64,000 nucleotides of DNA from a virus. Its lineage: Duplodnaviria > Caudoviricetes. The stretch lies in the IMG/VR virus record IMGVR_UViG_3300042924_004272, positions 126-64,125 of that record. One strand, given 5' to 3'. This document shows positions 56,662-64,000 of this stretch, piece after piece. The position numbers and the translations under genes are program-made. Every line of letters starts with the position of its first letter. The first letter of the stretch is position 1. The notes under the pieces were generated by a model, which saw only the letters and a program-made list of their open reading frames with translations, made no database searches and was not told the origin of the DNA.

Positions 56662-56799
56662 CTATTTACCCTTGGACTTTGCCTTCCGCTGCGTGGCATA
56701 GGCAATCGCAAGCGCCTGCTTTTTAGGTTTACCGGCTTTAAGTTCGGTCTTTAGGTTCCGGACAAAGCAGTTTTGGGATGAGCATACACGAAGTGGCAT
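56662..56799 (-). CDS. Small basic protein (45 aa, not in ORF track)
   Basis: MPL...N...E..AGKP.KQALAIAY, a common small phage protein motif. Confidence 0.7.
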   Translation of the reverse strand: MPLRVCSSQNCFVRNLKTELKAGKPKKQALAIAYATQRKAKSKGK

Positions 56800-56832
56800 A
56801 GGAGGTATTTGTCTTATTTTTTATTGCAAAAA

Positions 56833-59800
56833 TCAAGGGTTAATCATGACTGGTTCTATTTTAAGGTCTTTGAGTACATCCGACACTCGATCCAATAGAG
56901 GAAGAACCGTCTGTAGGGGTTGAGTTTGCACCACTCCTGCCTTGTTACGGATTCTAGGGTCACTAGTGAGTTCATCAACATTGTAAATGTTGTTGAGGAA
57001 ACCGATTGGGCGACCTGGGACTTGCCATCCATAGGAGTCATGGAAACTACTAGCGAATGGTTGTGCATTCTTTTTAACTTCAAACAATGCAACTACAGAC
57101 CCAAATTTAAGGTCAAAGAATCGATCGTCAGCAAGATCCCGGGCAATGTCTTTTGGAAGGAGACCAATTTTCTCCAATTCTTTCGCTGACACCGGGTGCC
57201 TTTTCCTCTCCAATTGAACCAAGTAGGGGGCAGTATCTTGGAAATTCAATTGTTTTGCATACACCGCATTTTTAAATGAATTCCAATTCTGTATGTTTGC
57301 CCACTTCTCTTTTGTGGGTTTGGAAAGACTTGCCGCAGTACTTTTGGTAATTGCGTCGCTAATCGACTTTATTTGTGCGTCAAGATCCCTTTTGGTTAAG
57401 ATTTTTGCCTTAACCGCTGCCTCCATACTTTCCACATATCCCTTCTGTCCGGTTGGATTCTTGAGATGATTGATAGGACTTTGAAGGGTAGGAGCAACAA
57501 GAAGACTATCCGTTCCTTGTTTTTCCATTTCTTGATTTGCTCGGAGCATGAAACGATCTGCCGTATCTTCAGTGGTGAATGCCCAAATTCCAGTATCTTG
57601 AAGATAAATGAACCCAGGACCACCTTGTCCTTTGACACTCAATTGTTGTTTTGCTCCTGTTGGACCCACATAGAGTTCTCCAATACCCATACGGTCACAA
57701 GGGAGGGCAATAATTGGTTGGTCTTGATGGTCTTCAAGATTCACGCCTGGTGCAGGCATGAAGTTTGCCATCATTTGTTTTGTGAACTTGAATGGTTTAG
57801 ATTTATCTTTAGGGAATGTGAACCCCTCATTATCTACCGTGGGTTGCTCACTCTTCGGCATGAACTGAACTCCATACTTGGTCATGAAACGAGGATCCTG
57901 TGGAGATGTGAACACTGGGTTCTTTGCCATCACGAGACCACCGATCTGAATGACTCGATCCGCATTGACCACTGGGTTCCCAGTCTTGCGATCATAAAAC
58001 CATGAGTTCTTAAATGGATTCATGCCGACCTGAATGTAGGTGGGGTCACTCATTGCTGCCTCTGCTTCCTTCCTTGCTGCCTCCGGAGTAGTTGCCTCCC
58101 ACTTTCCTACCATACGAGCATATGAAGTCTTGTTCTTCTCCCCAGTCGCAATGTCCATGGACACCGATGGGTTGGTGACAAACTCAACATCATTGGCGAT
58201 GGCAACGGATTCGTATCCCTTGATCCTACCGAGTTTTTGTTCCTTGGCATCATGGACAGATGCAACCCAAACCCCATAGTCCTTGTATGCCGGGATGTCT
58301 AATCGGAGTCCTACCAAGTCTCCATCCTTGAGATTCTCATTTGCTTTACCAATATCTGCAACTTTGTCCTCATTTAGTGCCATCTCCATCTCCTCCCTCG
58401 TAGCGGGTTTTGGAACCTCATCCATCTGACGGTAGGGCATGTACTTTCGGATGACCTTGAATAAGTCTTTCTGGTCAATCTCACCCTTCTGGTACTTCTT
58501 AACTGCATCAACTACCTCTGGGGTGCGTTTGGTGACATTTCGGTATGCGGTTTCCATGTCCTCCCCCCTCTTGGTAGCAGGCATGAAGTAAACCGTGGCA
58601 TCCGTCTTTGTGGATTTTGGAACCTCTGAAAGTTCAACCAATGTGCGGTCACCTTGTTCGGTGATCTTATCCACCTTGTATTTACCGGAAACTAGGACTT
58701 CTTTTTGATCCACTAGGGAACGATCTTCCATGCCTTCAAAAATCTTATCATATGGAATTCTAAAACCCTTAGTTGCTCCCTTGATTTTGTATGTGATTGG
58801 AAGGTCTTCCAAGGACTCGTTTCCTAGAGGTTCCCAAATTGCCCTTTGTGCTTCCACATCTGTCTCTAGGTTGTTCTCACTAAAGGAAGAAAAACTAGGA
58901 CCGGTAGATTCGTTTGCCAATTCAACAATGGAACCCTCTTTCACGTCCTCATGTTTCTGGAAACCTAGTCTCCAGAGATCCATTGGTTCTGGAAGTGCTC
59001 GATCAGCCAATTTCGACATTGCTGCGGTATCCCAAGACATGTTTGTCATCACATGGTCTTGAAGCATTCCAATTTGTTTTTTGGTAAGTGTTGAAAACTC
59101 TTCCTCACCCCTCTTGGCAGCAGGCATGAACCTAATGTCCTGCTTGCTAGTATCAAATCGCTGCGAGAGAGGGATTAGCTTGCCTTCGTTGTCGTAGGTT
59201 GCGGGGTCTGCGGATTTAATGCGAGACGGATCTGTGACTGCGTAGATATCTGCCCACTTATCTGCTTGATGGTAATCTGCATCAGTAATCTTGAGGTATG
59301 CCCTAATAAGCGTGTCCCCATAGGCAGGGGGATATCCCTTTGCCTTCATTTTCTCTAACAGTTCCTTGCCTGTGTCAGTTGTCTTGGCAAACCAAGCAGA
59401 AGGTCGAGGGAAGTTTGCATTAAGTCCCCCTGCTGATGCAGACCTACCCAGATCAAATGCATCACCTTCTAGTTTTTTAGCAGTAGTACGATGCTCAACA
59501 ATTCCAGTAGAATACCCCGCCTTCCTCGCCGCATCATCAACTAGCCTCTGCGCCTCCTCCATGTCGCCTGACTCAATAGCCTTAGCATGTGCCTCGTCTA
59601 GTCTGGCAGAAGGCATGAAGTTGATGTTCGCTTGAGTGACATCAAACCTCTTTGATGGAGGGATGACCTGACCAGAGATTGTAGTTGTCTCCGGTTCAAT
59701 CGATTTGATCTTGGTCGGATCAAAGACGGCAATGTTGTCCGGAGTGCTGCTTCCTTGCCCATCCTCACGGACATAAAACCCATCATATCCGGATTCTTGC

Positions 59801-62800
59801 ATCCACCTAGTAATGGAGGGCATTTCAAGAATGGCATAGTTCTTGTCTTTAGCAAACGATAGCAAGGAATCCAAGTCATCCCAAGTAAAACGACCATGGG
59901 GACCTTCCTTACCTCCCTCAATGACTTCAAAATACTCTTGGTTGTACCTATCCAAACCAAAGTCACGGAACCATTCTTCAAACTTGGAAAAGTGCTCCGG
60001 ATTAGCCGCATCAAAAAGGTTAGAGGCATTCGTGGCAACCTCACGGATTGGTTTTTGTCCTCCCTCTGTGAACATCCCAGCAACCCTTCTTTCTTGTGCC
60101 ATGAAAGTCATTTCTTGTTCTGGCACATTCCCCATCATGTGAGGTTTATCACCGATCATTGCCTTGTAACCAAAGATATTGTACCCAGCATCCCTTGCTG
60201 TCTGGTGGATGATCTCCCTCTCCGCTTCCGTGTCACCCTTGGCATACGCTTCCATGTAACCAGAATCCCTTGCAGGCATGAATTGTGGACCCTGGTATCC
60301 CTCAAACATGGGACCAAAGACATTGCGTACAAGATCCCGTGGGATGCCGTTTCCAATGATCTTGATGCCGAGGTTTTGGTCAAGTGGGAGTGGGAATGAG
60401 TCAGGAAGTCCGGACATGCGAGCCTTTGCCCTTGCTGTGACTCGTTTGAAGATTCCCCCTGGGAGAAGAATGCGGTCAACATTCGCAGGTGTTGCTTTAA
60501 ATGTGAAGGCGGGCTCATTGGCCATGCGATAATCAAAGACACCGCGGAGTCCCCCACCCGGGAAGAGGATGGGTTCCGGAACATTGAAAGGATCGATGCC
60601 GTCTGCTCGTAGGGTGGAGATGAGATAGTTGTTCTCCGGATCCTTCTTACCCCTAATTGGTGCATCCGGAAGATCCTCAATGATGTCTTGAACAACCTCG
60701 TACCAGGATGGGCCCTTTACTTTGACAGGTTCCGGCAACTCACCATCCATGATGGCACGGAGTAGGTAGCGCTTGCGGTCGGTCGGTGCTCCGTACTCAT
60801 GGGCATTGTAGATACCCTCGTCAAAGGTATATCCAAGACGATCAAGGGTTGCCTTGATGATGTCTAGTGCCTTCTGATCCTTGCCAGTTGCATACTCCTT
60901 GACATTCTCAAGGGTAAAATAATTTGGGGTGATAAGATCAATGCCATTAGCGATGGCATTTGCGCTACGGATGTCTAAATCAGACTCTATACCCCCTTGG
61001 GTGGTTGCTTTAAGTGCCGAGTAGTTTTTACAAACCGGAGATGCGTGGATGTAATCGGAATCTTTAAATTGATTGAAGTCAACTTGGGTAACATCTCCCA
61101 CGGTGACATGATCACCAAATGCCGCGGCATAGGCGGCAGCAATTTGAGGATTATATTCAACGGCATGAGTGTTCTGGATCAACCCTTCAAGTCCCGCGGC
61201 ATGGAGACCACCGCCAGCAAATAAAGCAAGTGACTTGGGGCCACGAGGGAAAATGAGATTTAACTCCCTCTTAAAACCCTCATCCCTCTGCGTCGATGGC
61301 ATGAAGTTGATGCCATCATATTGATTTAACTGCTCTAGAGGGATTGGTTCTGATGCAACTCGTCCAACCTCTGGAAGATCCTCTGTGCCTCCTCGTTGAG
61401 GGAACCTAGCAAGGAGTCCCTCCCTTCCGGGTTTTCCGGATCGGAGGTACTGGTTGACTTGGGCGTCAGTGAGAGATTCTGCAGGGGTTTGTCCATAGAG
61501 TTGGGTGAATTCTTCTAAAGTAATCCCGGCCTTGGCAAGGAGTTTTTGTTCCTTTTGTGGTGTGAGATCATATCCGGTTCCAGAGATGCTGTAGGCAATT
61601 GTAGCAACCGAAACGGGTTTGCCAACCACATTTTCAAGGCTCTTTAGGGTCTGACCAGAGGTGTAGGTGTCATCCGCAAGGATGATTTGAGTGCCTTCCG
61701 GAGGGGTTTCCCCACTCCAGGTGTGGATTGTCCTTGCCCTCTGATCCGCGGTTGCTCCGGTGTTGTGTGCTGTCGAAACCTTAAACAGACTGCTCCAGAT
61801 TGGGTATCCCAACTCAACGCTCAATTGCTTGGCTAGAGCAAGGGGAAGGGCATTCATCGAATCGGTTTCACGAGTGATCACTGGGAGGATTACCACCGGC
61901 TCGTTGGGGTCAACCTGGTCACGGATCCTTTGCACCATGGCGGGGGATACAAGTTTCTTGACGATCTGGAACGCGGAATCAGCATCCCCCTTGTATTTTG
62001 CGTCCTCAAACCCGGGTTCTTCCTTGAGTTTTCCAAGTCTCACACCCGCTTGAACATTGGCCGGCATGAAGTTGATGCCCCCATATTGATTGGTGGTTGG
62101 TCTCTCTAGACTAAGATCATGAACAGGTGGTCTTCCAGCAACCTCATTAATCCTGTTTTCAAGCACCTTGCTATAGTACCTGTTTTTCCGCATCTGTTCT
62201 TCAACCTCGGCGATCTGTTCTGCAATCTTTGCGGCAACTGCCTCGTCCCCACCGTCAGAAGTCCCGTTCAATTTAGATAGTTTATTCCTAAGTTTATTAA
62301 ACTCATCGTGAACTTTACTAAACTCATCAAAGATTTTTGCTCTCTCTTCCATCTTTTGCTTTTCTCTGGCCTCATTGATTTTAGCCTCATTAGCGATTGA
62401 CCAAGTTGCATCCATGACAGATGCGGCCATGCTTTCGGTATCAAAACCAAATAAATTTTTGACTAGGTTGACCAGACTGTCCCACATCGATGACTCAACT
62501 CCATCTCCCTTTAGGGATTTAAGCATCGTTTGAAATTGTTTGCTAGACCAAGTCTGTGCAACAAACTCATGGAGATTGGCCAAACCATAGTCACCACCTT
62601 TCTTGGTAGTCTTGTCCGGACTAGAAGAGGCAATTCCTTTAACTTTTCTAAGTTTATCCTTGCCCTCAACTTTTAATTCAATGAATTGATCTCCGGGTTC
62701 ATATGTGGTTCCGACCCGGTTTGGGCGGGATGAAGAGCTATACTCAGATTTACCAAGATTCCTAAAAGCATTTACGCTGCTAGGATCAATGTCTATAACA

Positions 62801-64000
62801 GACTTATTATCATTATTGATACTAAGTTTGTGTTGAATTCCCGCTTTTTCTAGAAGTTGTGACACTTCATTCAACCCCTTTGGATTGTAGTGGTATGTTT
62901 GATACCCACCATCTTCTGTCTTCTGGAATGTATGCCAAGTTGGGAATCCGACCTTAATCTCTTTCCCTCCGAGGTATTTTGCACTTACTCCCAACTGATC
63001 TAGGGCACTTCGATAGAGGTTAATCAATCGTTTGATGCCAGAAGGGGTGTTTGGATTATCTAGTGCCTGTTGCAGTGCATCATTATAGTCCTTTCCTGTC
63101 TTGCCCTCGGCTCCTGGCACATACTTGTAAATCTCATCCGCTGTCAAGGTATGCGCGGTTTCATGAATCATGGTCTGTATCTTAACCGGAGATCCCTTTG
63201 GCAAATGAACAGAACCTCGAGACCTGTATGCCCTGCCCAAACCACCCTTAACCATACCCTTTTCAGTCGGCTTGACTATGTCCTTGTCAAGTTGTGGGAA
63301 ATCCAATTCAGAAAGTTTTTCCGCAACACTAATCCAAGTATCACTAAGATTTAATGGGTTATTCTCATCTTTTGCCTTCTGGATTAGGTCTTGCAGAACT
63401 TGTCGGACTGGTTTTTCAAACAGATCGTCCGCTTTAAATGTGTTGTAGAGAGTATCTACATTTATAGTGCCTTTAAGTTGTCCGGATGCTTGAATTGTTT
63501 TCCTTTCATTGATGGAATCAATGATCTCTCCCCGGGTTGCGCCATCCGGAATAGAAAGACCATAGTATTCCGCAAGTTTAGAAAGTGACTCCTTACCAAA
63601 AGACTCCAAACTAGTTCCACTAGACACTAGACTTGCGGTAAGTTCCGCGCCTTCCGGTGCGGCAGGCGTGACTTCAAGTGATTTTCTTTTGGGTGTGTAA
63701 TCCGCGGATACAGTTTCATCTTGTTTTGGGGAGTACTTACCCAAAACTTTAAATGCCTTGGTAATGGCACCCTTGAACTTCTCCTCATTGTATTCACCTC
63801 TAGCGCGGGAAGGCATGAAGTTGGCTTGCCCTGCGGTACGAACAACTCGTTCCATCTCCGGAGTGATGGCGACCTTCCAATAGCTTTCCGCGGTCTTTGC
63901 GGTGAGACCCTGTGAATTCAAGTAACTATTCACATACTCTTTTGACGGGTCATCCAACCATTTATCCATTGCTTCGGAAGCGGTTTTGCCGTTGTCAATT
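56833..64000 (-). CDS. Giant polyvalent/ejection protein, 3' part: zincin (HETAH), PRTase, C5 DNA methyltransferase, three ART-like domains and unknown modules
   Basis: Motifs: IHETAH...HEFVA; ILADDTYTSGQTL; LFAGGG/SPVC/LENV/DRKR/GLPDSF/GNGIP; two ..D(P)xxIKS..IP.S.RFD modules; LWR...FSSFS...QKEVLV. Confidence 0.92.
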   Translation of the reverse strand, partial: IDNGKTASEAMDKWLDDPSKEYVNSYLNSQGLTAKTAESYWKVAITPEMERVVRTAGQANFMPSRARGEYNEEKFKGAITKAFKVLGKYSPKQDETVSADYTPKRKSLEVTPAAPEGAELTASLVSSGTSLESFGKESLSKLAEYYGLSIPDGATRGEIIDSINERKTIQASGQLKGTINVDTLYNTFKADDLFEKPVRQVLQDLIQKAKDENNPLNLSDTWISVAEKLSELDFPQLDKDIVKPTEKGMVKGGLGRAYRSRGSVHLPKGSPVKIQTMIHETAHTLTADEIYKYVPGAEGKTGKDYNDALQQALDNPNTPSGIKRLINLYRSALDQLGVSAKYLGGKEIKVGFPTWHTFQKTEDGGYQTYHYNPKGLNEVSQLLEKAGIQHKLSINNDNKSVIDIDPSSVNAFRNLGKSEYSSSSRPNRVGTTYEPGDQFIELKVEGKDKLRKVKGIASSSPDKTTKKGGDYGLANLHEFVAQTWSSKQFQTMLKSLKGDGVESSMWDSLVNLVKNLFGFDTESMAASVMDATWSIANEAKINEAREKQKMEERAKIFDEFSKVHDEFNKLRNKLSKLNGTSDGGDEAVAAKIAEQIAEVEEQMRKNRYYSKVLENRINEVAGRPPVHDLSLERPTTNQYGGINFMPANVQAGVRLGKLKEEPGFEDAKYKGDADSAFQIVKKLVSPAMVQRIRDQVDPNEPVVILPVITRETDSMNALPLALAKQLSVELGYPIWSSLFKVSTAHNTGATADQRARTIHTWSGETPPEGTQIILADDTYTSGQTLKSLENVVGKPVSVATIAYSISGTGYDLTPQKEQKLLAKAGITLEEFTQLYGQTPAESLTDAQVNQYLRSGKPGREGLLARFPQRGGTEDLPEVGRVASEPIPLEQLNQYDGINFMPSTQRDEGFKRELNLIFPRGPKSLALFAGGGLHAAGLEGLIQNTHAVEYNPQIAAAYAAAFGDHVTVGDVTQVDFNQFKDSDYIHASPVCKNYSALKATTQGGIESDLDIRSANAIANGIDLITPNYFTLENVKEYATGKDQKALDIIKATLDRLGYTFDEGIYNAHEYGAPTDRKRYLLRAIMDGELPEPVKVKGPSWYEVVQDIIEDLPDAPIRGKKDPENNYLISTLRADGIDPFNVPEPILFPGGGLRGVFDYRMANEPAFTFKATPANVDRILLPGGIFKRVTARAKARMSGLPDSFPLPLDQNLGIKIIGNGIPRDLVRNVFGPMFEGYQGPQFMPARDSGYMEAYAKGDTEAEREIIHQTARDAGYNIFGYKAMIGDKPHMMGNVPEQEMTFMAQERRVAGMFTEGGQKPIREVATNASNLFDAANPEHFSKFEEWFRDFGLDRYNQEYFEVIEGGKEGPHGRFTWDDLDSLLSFAKDKNYAILEMPSITRWMQESGYDGFYVREDGQGSSTPDNIAVFDPTKIKSIEPETTTISGQVIPPSKRFDVTQANINFMPSARLDEAHAKAIESGDMEEAQRLVDDAARKAGYSTGIVEHRTTAKKLEGDAFDLGRSASAGGLNANFPRPSAWFAKTTDTGKELLEKMKAKGYPPAYGDTLIRAYLKITDADYHQADKWADIYAVTDPSRIKSADPATYDNEGKLIPLSQRFDTSKQDIRFMPAAKRGEEEFSTLTKKQIGMLQDHVMTNMSWDTAAMSKLADRALPEPMDLWRLGFQKHEDVKEGSIVELANESTGPSFSSFSENNLETDVEAQRAIWEPLGNESLEDLPITYKIKGATKGFRIPYDKIFEGMEDRSLVDQKEVLVSGKYKVDKITEQGDRTLVELSEVPKSTKTDATVYFMPATKRGEDMETAYRNVTKRTPEVVDAVKKYQKGEIDQKDLFKVIRKYMPYRQMDEVPKPATREEMEMALNEDKVADIGKANENLKDGDLVGLRLDIPAYKDYGVWVASVHDAKEQKLGRIKGYESVAIANDVEFVTNPSVSMDIATGEKNKTSYARMVGKWEATTPEAARKEAEAAMSDPTYIQVGMNPFKNSWFYDRKTGNPVVNADRVIQIGGLVMAKNPVFTSPQDPRFMTKYGVQFMPKSEQPTVDNEGFTFPKDKSKPFKFTKQMMANFMPAPGVNLEDHQDQPIIALPCDRMGIGELYVGPTGAKQQLSVKGQGGPGFIYLQDTGIWAFTTEDTADRFMLRANQEMEKQGTDSLLVAPTLQSPINHLKNPTGQKGYVESMEAAVKAKILTKRDLDAQIKSISDAITKSTAASLSKPTKEKWANIQNWNSFKNAVYAKQLNFQDTAPYLVQLERKRHPVSAKELEKIGLLPKDIARDLADDRFFDLKFGSVVALFEVKKNAQPFASSFHDSYGWQVPGRPIGFLNNIYNVDELTSDPRIRNKAGVVQTQPLQTVLPLLDRVSDVLKDLKIEPVMINP
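63980..64000. repeat. 21-bp terminal direct repeat identical to bases 1-21 (circular assembly overlap)
   Basis: gcggttttgccgttgtcaatt occurs at both 1-21 and 63980-64000, and the reading frame is continuous across the join. Confidence 0.97.

Noticed and set aside
1-64000. Stop-codon reassignment, DGR, retron or integrase
   Set aside because: Genes tile densely under the standard code; no suppressor tRNA, reverse transcriptase or recombinase motifs were recognised.

Overview
The window is almost certainly a complete, circularly permuted dsDNA tailed-phage genome with podovirus-like gene order. Bases 63980-64000 repeat bases 1-21, giving a genome of about 63,979 bp. Essentially all real genes are on the minus strand. 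In transcription order the structural arm runs: terminase small and large subunits, three tRNAs plus a repeat-rich non-coding block, portal, scaffold, a five-gene glycosyltransferase/methyltransferase cluster, major capsid protein, fibres, lysis genes, adaptor, nozzle and ejection proteins. Next is a 4,317-aa giant protein that the ORF track split because it crosses the window junction. It is built of enzyme modules (zincin peptidases, PRTase, C5 DNA methyltransferase, ADP-ribosyltransferase-like domains) separated by ten copies of an FMP motif. It is followed by an ATP-grasp ligase/HExxE gene pair and an early region (histone-fold-like protein, DUF932). After that come a two-chain C5 methyltransferase encoded in two overlapping frames with 11 TRD-like repeats, and a replication module (RuvC-like resolvase, dNMP kinase, SF2 helicase, Cas4-like nuclease, PolA, dCMP deaminase, primase-helicase). 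No integrase or CRISPR array was recognised. All product calls come from motifs read by eye, not database searches, and the host cannot be determined from the sequence alone.
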